DNA of 64,000 nt from Lachnospiraceae bacterium (GTDB taxonomy: Bacteria > Bacillota > Clostridia > Lachnospirales > Lachnospiraceae), in the NCBI GenBank assembly GCA_045639685.1, contig JAZUDO010000012.1, positions 25,156 to 89,155 on the forward strand, given 5' to 3'. This document shows positions 1-9,707 of the stretch, piece by piece. The notes under the pieces were generated by a model. The model was not told the origin of the DNA, did no database searches, and saw only the letters and a list, made by a program, of their open reading frames with translations. The position numbers were made by a program, and so were the translations under genes. Each line of letters starts with the position of its first letter. Within the stretch, counting starts at the first letter, position 1.

Positions 1-312
1 ATTTATTCAAAGGTTGACGATCTTCCGCCGGCTAAGTACAACATCGGTGCGAATATCAGCAACAGCCTTATTGCCAGCGGAACAATTGTAAACGGAACAA
101 TAGAGAATTCCGTAGTATTCCGTCAGGCGTTTATTGGAAATAACTGTACCATTAAGAATTCAATCATTCTTAATGACGTATATATCGGTGACAATTCGTA
201 TATTGAAAACTGCATTGTAGAGAGTCACGGTACGGTCAGAGCCAATTCATACCATAAGGGAGAAAATGGTATTGAGGTTGTTGTAGAGCATACAGACAGA
301 TATGTTATGTAA
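1..312 (+). CDS. glgD: Glucose-1-phosphate adenylyltransferase subunit GlgD, C-terminal part (truncated by window start)
   Basis: Frame 1 reads IYSKVDDLPPAKYNIGANISNSLIASGTIVNGTIENSVVFRQAFIGNNCTIKNSIILNDVYIGDNSYIENCIVES...YVM*, the GlgC/GlgD beta-helix tail; upstream of spoVG. Confidence 0.85.
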   Translation: MYSKVDDLPPAKYNIGANISNSLIASGTIVNGTIENSVVFRQAFIGNNCTIKNSIILNDVYIGDNSYIENCIVESHGTVRANSYHKGENGIEVVVEHTDRYVM

Positions 313-342
313 GACAGGGTTACGGCTATTGGAGGTATTAGC

Positions 343-618
343 ATGAAGATTACAGATGTAAGGGTACGCAAGGTTTCCAAGGAAAGCAAGATGAGAGCAA
401 TCGTTTCCATTACGATTGATGATGAGTTTGTTGTTCATGATATTAAGGTTATTGAGGGTGAAAAGGGGTTATTCATCGCAATGCCAAGCAAAAAGGCAGC
501 AGACGGAGAATACAGAGACATCGCTCATCCGATTAATTCCGAGACAAGAGACAATATTCAGAGAATTATCCTGGAAGCATATGCAAAGGCTAAAGACGAG
601 CCTGACGAAATGGTATAA
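343..618 (+). CDS. spoVG: Septation regulator SpoVG
   Basis: [10 protein letters not shown]...[19 protein letters not shown]...YRDIAHPIN signature; GGAGG RBS. Confidence 0.97.
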   Translation: MKITDVRVRKVSKESKMRAIVSITIDDEFVVHDIKVIEGEKGLFIAMPSKKAADGEYRDIAHPINSETRDNIQRIILEAYAKAKDEPDEMV

Positions 619-646
619 AGTTTTTTTAGAGAAGATATATGGGGTT

Positions 647-686
647 AGCAAGACCGCGGTAGGGGTGCCGCGGTCTTGCTTTTTTT
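647..686 (+). terminator. Intrinsic terminator after spoVG
   Basis: AGCAAGACCGCGG-8nt-CCGCGGTCTTGCT followed by a T run. Confidence 0.9.
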
Positions 687-756
687 GTAGAGTGCGCCTA
701 GCGGCGCGCTCTAGCGGCGCACGTTTCTAAGTTTGCGCGCCATGGGCGCGCTCTAA
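687..756 (+). mobile_element. Probable 5'-end remnants of group IIC introns (GC-rich hairpins) inserted after the terminator
   Basis: GTGCGCCTAGCGGCGCGCTCTA (692-713) and GTTTGCGCGCCATGGGCGCGCTCTAA (731-756) lie directly after the terminator T-tract; they resemble the 5' end of Lachnospiraceae group IIC introns (recalled, not aligned); no RT ORF follows. Confidence 0.55.
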
Positions 757-884
757 AGAGACTTGTCTTCAGTAAAAGTCAGATTCGTGCAAAAAGTTTG
801 ATGATACGGAGATATTTTCTCCTTTTCGATGCATATAAATGTTATACTAAAGAGGAAAAGACAATTATCGGGTGCGAATAGATA

Positions 885-3800
885 ATGAATATTTTAACTG
901 CACCGATGGCGGAGCTGTCGGATTTTGAGGATGCCCGTAAGGCGCTTAAAGCCGGTAAATCGGTAGCCGTATCCGGGTGTGTGGATTCTCAGAAAATACA
1001 TATGGCGGAGTCTTTGAGCGATGGTTTTAATTTTAAAATCATCGCTACTTACAGTGACATAAGAGCAAGAGAAATTGCAGAGGATCTGAAGCTGTATGAG
1101 AGAAATGTCCTCATGTATCCGGCAAAGGATCTGATATTCTATCAGGCGGATATTCATAACAACAAGCTGGTTGCCGACAGACTTCGGGTACTTAAAAGAC
1201 TTGAGGAAAATGCGCCCTGTGTTATAGTGACAACCTTTGATGCACTTATGAGCCCGGTGCTGCCGCTGAGCATGTATGGCAAGGGACGCATAAAGCTGGA
1301 TAAGAAGAGCATAATCGACACAAAAAAACTGGCGAGAAGTCTTGTTGATATAGGCTATATCAGGAACTACCAGGTTGAAGAGCCGGGACAGTTCGCAATC
1401 AGAGGAGATATAGTAGACATCTTTGATACCACTGAAGCGAACCCCTACAGAATTGAACTATGGGGTGATGATGTCGAGTCTATACGAAGCTTTGATATTG
1501 ACAGTCAGCGTTCAATAGAGAATCTTGAGGCGGTGAGCATTTTCCCTGCGACAGAAGTAATTCTGGACGAGAACACGCTGTATGAGGGACTTGAGAGAAT
1601 AACAAAGGATGCCGAGAAAACAGCGGATGCACTTCGAAAGGAATTCAGAACAGAGGAAGCCCATCGCATTGACATACAGATAAAAACTCTCAAAGAGGAT
1701 CTTGTTGAACTGGGACGCATGGTCAATCTTGACAGCTATATCAGATATTTCTATGAAGATATTGCTGATTTTACGGACTTGTTTAACCCGAAAGACAGCG
1801 TGCTGATAATAGACGAGCCGCTTCATGTAAGAGAGCATGCCCAGGCTGTTGAAACAGAATTTACTGAGAGTATGAAGACAAGAGCCGACAAGGGATATGT
1901 AATTCCCGGTCAGATGAAGATACTTAAATCGGTAAATGAGACGCTGGTAACACTTTCGCGGCTTCCGTTAATTCAGATTTCAGCACTGGAGACAAGAAAT
2001 CTTTTGGTCGGAGCGGACAGTAGATGCAGTGTTGTATCAAAATCCCTTGCACCCTATAAAAACCAGTTTGATTATCTTATAAAGGACCTGGCACTGTACA
2101 AGAAACGCGGGTACAGAGTAATTATTCTTTCACCCTCGAGAACAAGGGCAAAGCGTCTGTGCGATAACATCAGAGACAATGATATCATGGCCACCTTTAC
2201 CGAGGATATGTACAGAGATCTCCTCCCCGGTGAGGTTGTTGTCATGTACGGTAATCTGCTTCGAGGCTTTGAATATCCGATGCTCAAATTTGTTGTAATC
2301 AGCGAAAGCGATATTTTCGGAGCAGAAAAAAAGAAAAAGAAGATAAAGAAAAAATACGAAGGAACGGCAATTTCCGACTTTAATGATTTGAAGGTCGGAG
2401 ATTATGTGGTTCATGAGAATCATGGTCTGGGAGTATATCAGGGCATTGAGAAGATAGAGTCGGAAAATGTTATTAAGGACTACATGAAGATAACCTATCG
2501 GGACGGAGGAAACCTGTATGTACTGGCGTCTTCCTTCGATTCGGTACAGAAATATGCCTCTTCCGATGCGGCCAAGAAACCGAAGCTTAACAAACTGGGA
2601 TCAAAGGAATGGACAACAACCAAGACAAAGGTTAAATCTGCGGTTGATGTCATTGCCAAGGACCTTGTGGAACTATATGCCAAGAGACAGGCAAAACAGG
2701 GCTTCGTATATGGACCCGATACTGTATGGCAGACTGAATTTGAGGAGACATTTCCCTTTGAGGAAACGGAGGATCAGCTTACAGCCATTGCGGAAACCAA
2801 AGCAGATATGGAATCCACAAAGATTATGGACAGACTTATTTGCGGTGACGTGGGCTACGGAAAAACAGAGATAGCCATCAGAGCGGCATTTAAGGCTGTT
2901 ACAGAGGGCAAACAGGTCGCAATGCTTGTTCCTACCACCATACTGGCACAACAGCATTTTAATACCTTTACGCAGCGTATGAAGGACTATCCGGTGCGGA
3001 TACAGATGCTGTCACGTTTCAGAACCTCGAAGGAGCAGAAACAGACTCTCGAAGATCTGAAGAAGGGCATGGTGGATATAGTTATCGGAACACACCGTCT
3101 GCTTTCGGAGGATGTTGTCTTTAAGGATCTGGGGCTTTTGGTGGTTGACGAGGAACAGCGTTTTGGTGTAACTCACAAGGAAAAGATTAAGAAACTAAAG
3201 GAAAATGTGGACGTGCTGACACTTTCCGCAACTCCGATTCCAAGAACTCTTCATATGTCGCTGGTGGGAATCAGGGATATGTCTGTTCTTGAGGAGGCGC
3301 CGGAGGAGCGTGTTCCCATTCAGACCTTTGTTATGGAATATAATGAGGAGCTTGTACGTGAGGCCATCGTAAGGGAGTTGGCGAGAGGCGGACAGGTGTA
3401 CTATGTATATAACAGAGTTTCGGATATTGCAGACGTTGCCGCTAGAATAAAGGCACTGTGTCCGGAGGCAAATGTGGCTTACGGTCATGGGCAGATGAAG
3501 GAACATGAACTGGAAAATCTCATGTACGATTTCATTGCAGGCAATATTGATGTGCTTGTGGCAACAACCATAGTGGAAACGGGCCTTGATATTTCGAATG
3601 TAAATACCATAATTATTCATGATTCCGACAGAATGGGTCTTTCACAGCTGTATCAGCTCAGAGGACGTGTGGGAAGGTCCAACCGTACGGCTTATGCATT
3701 TTTAATGTACAGAAGAGACAAAATCTTAAGCGAAGTTGCGGAGAAACGTCTTGAAGCGATACGTGAATTTACCGATCTGGGAAGCGGATTCAAAATCGCA

Positions 3801-4418
3801 ATGCGTGATCTTGAGATACGTGGTGCCGGAAATATTCTGGGCAGAACCCAGCACGGACATATGGAAGCCGTGGGTTACGACCTCTATTGTAAAATGCTTA
3901 ACGATGCGGTTAAGAAGTTAAAGGGACTCAGGGACGATTCGGGAGATTTTGAAACACAGCTTGATTTGGATGTGGACGCTTATATTCCTTCGGATTACAT
4001 TCTGAATGAGGTTCAGAAGCTTGATATATACAAGAGAATTGCCACAATCGAAACTTCCTCAGAGGCGGAAGACATAAGGGACGAGCTTAGGGACAGATTC
4101 GGCGTGGTACCAAAATCTGCAGATAATCTTCTTTCCATTTCCCTTCTGCGACAGAAGGCCCACAGGTGCTTTGTGACAGAACTTAAGGGCGGAAAGGGGC
4201 AGATAAAGTTTTTGATGAAACCCGACGGAAAGATTAATCCGGCTGCCATTCCTGACCTGATAGGCAAATACAAGTCTTCTCTGTCATTTGTCCATAAGGG
4301 CGTGCCCTATTTCATGTATAAATACAAACCCTCCGGGGTTATTGAGGCAGATGAAGAAACGCTGCTTCGAATGACAGAAGAGATTCTTGATGATATGATT
4401 GAAATGTTATTGTACTGA
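885..4418 (+). CDS. mfd: Transcription-repair coupling factor
   Basis: 1177 aa; CarD-like RID (VVHENHGLGVY), CGDVGYGKTE, VDEEQRFG, SATPIPRT, QLRGRVGR, RDLEIRGAG motifs. Confidence 0.98.
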   Translation: MNILTAPMAELSDFEDARKALKAGKSVAVSGCVDSQKIHMAESLSDGFNFKIIATYSDIRAREIAEDLKLYERNVLMYPAKDLIFYQADIHNNKLVADRLRVLKRLEENAPCVIVTTFDALMSPVLPLSMYGKGRIKLDKKSIIDTKKLARSLVDIGYIRNYQVEEPGQFAIRGDIVDIFDTTEANPYRIELWGDDVESIRSFDIDSQRSIENLEAVSIFPATEVILDENTLYEGLERITKDAEKTADALRKEFRTEEAHRIDIQIKTLKEDLVELGRMVNLDSYIRYFYEDIADFTDLFNPKDSVLIIDEPLHVREHAQAVETEFTESMKTRADKGYVIPGQMKILKSVNETLVTLSRLPLIQISALETRNLLVGADSRCSVVSKSLAPYKNQFDYLIKDLALYKKRGYRVIILSPSRTRAKRLCDNIRDNDIMATFTEDMYRDLLPGEVVVMYGNLLRGFEYPMLKFVVISESDIFGAEKKKKKIKKKYEGTAISDFNDLKVGDYVVHENHGLGVYQGIEKIESENVIKDYMKITYRDGGNLYVLASSFDSVQKYASSDAAKKPKLNKLGSKEWTTTKTKVKSAVDVIAKDLVELYAKRQAKQGFVYGPDTVWQTEFEETFPFEETEDQLTAIAETKADMESTKIMDRLICGDVGYGKTEIAIRAAFKAVTEGKQVAMLVPTTILAQQHFNTFTQRMKDYPVRIQMLSRFRTSKEQKQTLEDLKKGMVDIVIGTHRLLSEDVVFKDLGLLVVDEEQRFGVTHKEKIKKLKENVDVLTLSATPIPRTLHMSLVGIRDMSVLEEAPEERVPIQTFVMEYNEELVREAIVRELARGGQVYYVYNRVSDIADVAARIKALCPEANVAYGHGQMKEHELENLMYDFIAGNIDVLVATTIVETGLDISNVNTIIIHDSDRMGLSQLYQLRGRVGRSNRTAYAFLMYRRDKILSEVAEKRLEAIREFTDLGSGFKIAMRDLEIRGAGNILGRTQHGHMEAVGYDLYCKMLNDAVKKLKGLRDDSGDFETQLDLDVDAYIPSDYILNEVQKLDIYKRIATIETSSEAEDIRDELRDRFGVVPKSADNLLSISLLRQKAHRCFVTELKGGKGQIKFLMKPDGKINPAAIPDLIGKYKSSLSFVHKGVPYFMYKYKPSGVIEADEETLLRMTEEILDDMIEMLLY

Positions 4419-4493
4419 TATTAAGGGAAATGCGTAAGATTGCATTGATGTAATTATTCTTAATCGGTATAAAAGAATGGATAGGAAAAAGAA

Positions 4494-5057
4494 ATGTATA
4501 TTGTAGTGGGACTCGGGAATCCCGAGAAAAAGTATGAAAATACAAGACATAATGTAGGTTTTATAACAATCGATAAGATAGCCGATAAATACGGTATAGA
4601 TATTATCGAAAACAAGTTTAAGGCACTTATCGGAAGAGGAATTATCGGTGGGCAGAAGGTTATTCTTGTGAAGCCGCTGACTTATATGAATCTCAGCGGA
4701 GAAGCAGTAAGGGCGGTAGCCGATTATTTCAAGGTTGATTATGAAACCGAGATTTGTATCATTTACGATGATACTTCCATGGACGTGGGAAAGCTTCGCA
4801 TAAGGAAGAAGGGAAGCGCCGGCGGACACAACGGAATCAAAAGCATCATAGCACATCTGGGCAGCGATGTATTTGTAAGGGCGAAAATCGGTATAGGCGA
4901 AAAGCCGCCGCATTTTGATTTGGCAGACTATGTGCTGGGACAGCTTACGGCAGAGGACCACAAGCTGATAGACGAAACGGCAGCCAAGGTTGCAGATGCC
5001 ATTGAAATGCTGGCTTCGGGAGATGTGGACGGAGCCATGAATAAGTATAACGGATAA
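4494..5057 (+). CDS. pth: Peptidyl-tRNA hydrolase
   Basis: VGLGNP..Y..TRHNVGF, KPLTYMNLSG, GSAGGHNGIKS. Confidence 0.97.
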   Translation: MYIVVGLGNPEKKYENTRHNVGFITIDKIADKYGIDIIENKFKALIGRGIIGGQKVILVKPLTYMNLSGEAVRAVADYFKVDYETEICIIYDDTSMDVGKLRIRKKGSAGGHNGIKSIIAHLGSDVFVRAKIGIGEKPPHFDLADYVLGQLTAEDHKLIDETAAKVADAIEMLASGDVDGAMNKYNG

Positions 5058-5081
5058 ATTATCTGTACGGAGAGAATCGGT

Positions 5082-5762
5082 ATGACGGAACAAAACCAGG
5101 ACAACAGCATAAAGCACAGACTTGCCAGGTGGATTCCCGGTCATGTTTCCGTAAAGGTTATTGTGGCGGTATATCATCTTCTGGATAGATTCTGTTTTAT
5201 CGGAAGGAAAACCAGAGAAAATCATAAAACAGCGAATCTGAATGTGCTTCGCTCGGAGGAATCACCCTATAAGGGCGAGTATATAGATAATCAGTATGCC
5301 TGGAAAAATGTTGAATTCGGCAAAACCACAATGGCTGTTGCCGGCTGTGAGGTTATGTCTGTTTATAATGTAATGAGGGCACTTGGCATGGGCGAAGGAC
5401 CGGAACTCATTTGCCGTCTTATAGAGAACTTTGAGAAGAGCGGTGCTTCCCTTATGGGAAAAATCGGTTCATCTCCGCTGGGCATCAGAAGATGCCTTAA
5501 AAAGAACGGAATAAAGACAAGGCTTCTTTGGAAGACAGATTGTCTGCCAAAGGATTGCAACATGGCAATAGTAACCATGTATAACGATAAATCCGATCTG
5601 TACCGACAGATTCATACAATTGCTTTCATAAAGGATGAAGAAAAGGGAATTGTTGCCCATAATGCAAGGACAGCAAAACCCGGGTATCCCACCATGAAAG
5701 AAGCTGTTGAAGCTGTGGGGACAAACCCGGGCATTATATGTATTCTTGAGATTAATACCTGA
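5082..5762 (+). CDS. Hypothetical protein, C39-like cysteine peptidase fold
   Basis: NQ...AGCEVMSVYN...HTIAF...HNA resembles the Gln/Cys/His/Asn pattern of C39-like peptidases. Confidence 0.55.
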   Translation: MTEQNQDNSIKHRLARWIPGHVSVKVIVAVYHLLDRFCFIGRKTRENHKTANLNVLRSEESPYKGEYIDNQYAWKNVEFGKTTMAVAGCEVMSVYNVMRALGMGEGPELICRLIENFEKSGASLMGKIGSSPLGIRRCLKKNGIKTRLLWKTDCLPKDCNMAIVTMYNDKSDLYRQIHTIAFIKDEEKGIVAHNARTAKPGYPTMKEAVEAVGTNPGIICILEINT

Positions 5763-7290
5763 ACTGATATATTTTGAAATCTATTCCAATTTCTATATTG
5801 TCATTTCCTTCCATTCCGGAATATGCCATTCCGCCGAAATCACATATCCATTTCAGCTTTCCGTCTTCGCGTATGTAGAAGGTTGAATGCTCGCCGCTTG
5901 TAACATAATAATACTTGTAGAAAGGCATCATATCTTCATCATAGTATATTGTACCTGTTGAATCGTAGGTTCCATACTCGAGAGAGTCTGAGGTGTATGT
6001 TCTTTTTATGAGGGTGTTTTCTGCATCATACATATCACCTGTGTACACATATTTGTCCTTGTGTGGATTCAGCAATTCGAATTCATCTGTATAGGCCGGT
6101 CCGTTCGGACTGTAATATTCCAATTCATTTACTGTATCGGGAACCTGCTTGATAATGGCTTCGAGCTTCATATCTTCAGCTTTGAATCTGCAACCGTAAG
6201 CGGTTTTTGGATACCCGCCCTCTTCACTTTGACTGATGAGAAATACCATGTTGGTTTCGGGACCGTTTTTAAGTATAAACACATCGCTGTTGGGATAATT
6301 GTATTCGAGGCAGTTATCGTAATCGGTAATAAACATTGAAATAAAAGCTTCCTCTTCGCTGCTGTTGTTCACAACGGTACGCATAGAATCTTCAGGTGAT
6401 TTACCGTCGCTTGGATCAGAACTGCTCAGTAAATCAAGGCTTTCATATAAATAAAGCCTTCCGGGATTTGAACCGAACTTCTCCTCGTCCCATTCGGGTT
6501 CATCCGCATCCCTGTAATATTTTTCTCCGAAATGTTCCACATAATCATTATTAAAATCCAGAAAAATGATGTCATAGGGGGAATCCCAGCCATCTCCGGA
6601 AATGATCACTTCTGTGTTTCCTTCGTTGTCCTCTACGGCATACAATTTATCAAAGAGATATTCTGCGCCGTTCATCTTAAATTGTCGAACGCCGGAATCA
6701 TCTGTGAAGACCTGAATATAATTACTGATATCGCTTTCTGAGTGCCAGTTGCCTTCGAGGAAACCATAGGATTTGTCCAATGCTCTCAATTGGGCTTGTT
6801 GCTGCTCTTCGATGCGGTCCTTTTCTTTTTGTGTTTTAAAGCGTTCTTCGTCACCTGTATACATGGTGCCCGCATCAAGCACATACGCGCCATAGAGCAT
6901 TGCACATCTGTTTGAATCAAGATAGCGAACCTTATACTCGCCTTCGCTTGATTCCACGTACAGAGTAACACCGCTGATTTCACTTGCAGGCTCTCCGCTG
7001 ATTACTATTTGCGATTTGCTTACAGACAATTCCCAGTCATAGTCAATGTGATTGCAGTCCTTATCATAGCAGGCACATTCCTTGATTCGAGTTGCATCCT
7101 TGCCGGAAACAAAGATGCATAGGGAGTTTTCTTTGAATACGGATTTATTGATGGTTAATTCATTAACCGACTCCGGGGTGTCATATTCATAGGTTGCAAT
7201 TGCCTGGTTATTATGACAGCCTGTAAGAAAAGCGCTGAGAGTGATTGCCGTCAAAAGGCCCTTCTTTTTTATGACATCTAATATTTTCAA
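5752..7290 (-). CDS. Hypothetical lipoprotein (acidic, Tyr/Asp-rich)
   Basis: 512 aa; lipobox MKILDVIKKKGLLTAITLSAFLTG-C; directly downstream of the S66 gene. Confidence 0.7.
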   Translation of the reverse strand: MKILDVIKKKGLLTAITLSAFLTGCHNNQAIATYEYDTPESVNELTINKSVFKENSLCIFVSGKDATRIKECACYDKDCNHIDYDWELSVSKSQIVISGEPASEISGVTLYVESSEGEYKVRYLDSNRCAMLYGAYVLDAGTMYTGDEERFKTQKEKDRIEEQQQAQLRALDKSYGFLEGNWHSESDISNYIQVFTDDSGVRQFKMNGAEYLFDKLYAVEDNEGNTEVIISGDGWDSPYDIIFLDFNNDYVEHFGEKYYRDADEPEWDEEKFGSNPGRLYLYESLDLLSSSDPSDGKSPEDSMRTVVNNSSEEEAFISMFITDYDNCLEYNYPNSDVFILKNGPETNMVFLISQSEEGGYPKTAYGCRFKAEDMKLEAIIKQVPDTVNELEYYSPNGPAYTDEFELLNPHKDKYVYTGDMYDAENTLIKRTYTSDSLEYGTYDSTGTIYYDEDMMPFYKYYYVTSGEHSTFYIREDGKLKWICDFGGMAYSGMEGNDNIEIGIDFKIYQFRY

Positions 7291-7293
7291 TTA

Positions 7294-8388
7294 TTATTCC
7301 TCTCTCATATCTATTGTAAGTTTATTGTCATTAAATGTGACATTGGCGATACTTCCGCATATCAGCGGCATTGCCGGCGGAAGATGACCGAAGTCGCAGT
7401 CCATAATAACGGGAATGTTAAGCTTTGCTGCGGTTTCGGTTATGGCATTGTACTGGTCAAGCCCCATCATTTCTTCACCAAAGTGGAGCGGACGACCGAT
7501 AAGGAAGCCCTTGGCATATTTGAACCAGCCCGCTTCATACATCTGCCACATTGCCCTTCTCATGGAAAATACATTCAAATCGCAGGATTCAAGAAACCAT
7601 ACAAAACCATTCTCTTTGTACCTTTCGAGGAAAGCCGATACCTTATCAAAGCGTGTGCCTACAAGGTTTGTAAGACAGTCCATGCAGCCTCCGATAAGTC
7701 TGCCGTTAAAGGCTGCAGAGGCAATTGGCTGCTGTTTTGGGTTGAAGGCTTTCATAACATTTTCTTCCGTGCAGTTATATGGCAGAAGAGGGTGTTCCTC
7801 GTCCTTCAGACCTTCCTTTTCCCAAAGGTCATAATTCCCCACAATATAATGTTTGCAGATGAATTGATGTCCGGATTGTTTTATTTCGAGGGCATTTTCA
7901 TCGAAGGTCTTCCCTTCGAATATCGCCATGGCATCCTTTAGGCACTTATGCTGGGGTTCCATTCCATATGCCGCTGCACAGGGACCGTAGACTGATGCCG
8001 TATCACACAGTGTTTCCAACAGAAATTCAAAGTTGGTGTTGTCGGAATAGCCGGTATACCATTTGGCAGGTGCGGCTGCAATTTTATCAAAATCAACGTA
8101 ACTCATGGTTTCACACATAAGCTCGCCGCCACCGCAGGAAATGAGCATGTCACTGGCAGGTGAACAGTAATACTCGGTAAGCTCCTCGCCGCAAAGCAGA
8201 GGGGTATTGCTTATGCCGATTCCTTTGCCTTCATAGCAGTTTGGACCCAGCTGCAGGTTATAGCCTTCTTGTCTAAAATGCTTTTGCGCATTTTCAAAGG
8301 CACTTTTATAAGGTTCTACGTTACAACCAAAAGCCGGCGCCACAAATCCAATTGTAGCGCCGGGCATAATACTTTTTGGAAATCTCAT
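7294..8388 (-). CDS. LD-carboxypeptidase, peptidase S66 (LdcA/MccF family)
   Basis: TIGFVAPA, SCGGG, GYSDN, LESCD, DFGH motifs. Confidence 0.9.
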   Translation of the reverse strand: MRFPKSIMPGATIGFVAPAFGCNVEPYKSAFENAQKHFRQEGYNLQLGPNCYEGKGIGISNTPLLCGEELTEYYCSPASDMLISCGGGELMCETMSYVDFDKIAAAPAKWYTGYSDNTNFEFLLETLCDTASVYGPCAAAYGMEPQHKCLKDAMAIFEGKTFDENALEIKQSGHQFICKHYIVGNYDLWEKEGLKDEEHPLLPYNCTEENVMKAFNPKQQPIASAAFNGRLIGGCMDCLTNLVGTRFDKVSAFLERYKENGFVWFLESCDLNVFSMRRAMWQMYEAGWFKYAKGFLIGRPLHFGEEMMGLDQYNAITETAAKLNIPVIMDCDFGHLPPAMPLICGSIANVTFNDNKLTIDMREE

Positions 8389-9353
8389 TATTTTCTCTTA
8401 CCCATTAATCTTATAAGCTTTAAGAACAAGTTGATGAAGTCAAGATATATCTCAAATGCACCCATCATTGCGAGAGCATTCTCATTTTCAATTGTGGAAT
8501 ACTTACACATATTCTTGATGTTCTGCATATCATAAGCTGTAAGTCCAACGAAGATTACTACGCCGATAACGGAAATGACAAAATCAAATCCAAGGCTTCC
8601 GAAGAAAAACATATTAACGGCACCTGAGATAATAATGCCCCAAAGGCCCATCATGCAGAGACTGCCAAGCTTTGTAAGGTCTTTTTTGGTTACCATACCG
8701 AAGATTGCAACCGTACCAAACATTACAGCTGTAATAATGAATACAGACAAAATACTTGATGTAGTGTATACCCAGAAAATAACCGACAATGTCATACCGG
8801 TAAGGTACGAATAAATTGTATAAAGAATTCCGCCCAGAACAACATTGCCCTTCTTAAGAACAGAATTTGAAATAAGTACTATGGCAATTTCAGCGATGAG
8901 CAGTATATAAAGACCTGCGCCGCTTAATATATTTATAGCTGTTTCAAATGAAGTTGTAAGTGAAGCAAATGCGGTAATGAGAAGTGCCGCAAACATAAAC
9001 AGGAAGGATTTTGTTACAACCTTCTGAGATGAAATTGCCTTGAGGTTACCAAGTCCTGAAAGTGTATCGGCATTTTCATTTGCATATGCATAAGCGTTGT
9101 TACCATAGTTGTTGCTTCCGTAGTTTGAACCGCCATAGTTGTTGCCTGAACCGCCATAGTTGTAATTGTTTCCACCGTAGCTGTTGTTCATGCCGCTGTT
9201 GAATACGTTGTCACTGTATCCGCTGTTGTTACTGCTGCTGTAGTTAATGTTATTGCCGGCATTGCTATCGAATGATCCGGAATTGAAGTTGGACTCGTCG
9301 AATCCGTATCCCGGAAGTCCGTCTGAATTGTTGAAGTTATTAATATCACTCAT
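8388..9353 (-). CDS. Bax inhibitor-1/YccA family membrane protein with an N/G/S/Y-rich N-terminal extension
   Basis: About 7 hydrophobic segments, TKKDL, AYDMQNIK, GAFEIYLDFINLFL; stop overlaps the S66 start (TAATG). Confidence 0.92.
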   Translation of the reverse strand: MSDINNFNNSDGLPGYGFDESNFNSGSFDSNAGNNINYSSSNNSGYSDNVFNSGMNNSYGGNNYNYGGSGNNYGGSNYGSNNYGNNAYAYANENADTLSGLGNLKAISSQKVVTKSFLFMFAALLITAFASLTTSFETAINILSGAGLYILLIAEIAIVLISNSVLKKGNVVLGGILYTIYSYLTGMTLSVIFWVYTTSSILSVFIITAVMFGTVAIFGMVTKKDLTKLGSLCMMGLWGIIISGAVNMFFFGSLGFDFVISVIGVVIFVGLTAYDMQNIKNMCKYSTIENENALAMMGAFEIYLDFINLFLKLIRLMGKRK

Positions 9354-9652
9354 ATCTTGTCTCCTTTTAGTCCCTCTTCAGCCTTTGCTCTTCAGCCTCG
9401 TATGAGCCTGGCTGCTTTTAGTCCCTTTTTTGGTATTTTCTTTATTTCTTCTCTATTATTACATATTTAGAAATAAAATCAAATGGAATAGGTGCAAAAT
9501 AGAAGCCTATTAATGCGGTATATAAGCAAAATAAGGCAAAATGACTAGCTAAAACCTCTGATATTGGCAGTTTTTTCTCTGATTTTTTGAGGTATTTTGA
9601 GGTACATTTGTAAAAACATCTCAAATCGCAGGGCACAGGCGAGGCAAATTAC

Positions 9653-9681
9653 TTGACATTTCCCGGACCTGAATCTATAAT
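9653..9681 (+). promoter_or_regulatory. Sigma-A promoter of ileS
   Basis: TTGACA-17 nt-TATAAT, perfect consensus. Confidence 0.9.
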
Positions 9682-9707
9682 TCCCTTAATAAATAAGAAA
9701 ATATATC

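Noticed and set aside
4407-5225. 272-aa antisense ORF over pth, and similar long antisense ORFs (20113-20910, 32479-33384, 39298-40044)
   Set aside because: Shadow ORFs opposite well-supported genes, with no recognisable motifs.
7294-8388. Microcin C immunity or bacteriocin locus
   Set aside because: No microcin biosynthesis genes are nearby; a generic S66 peptidase is the simpler call.
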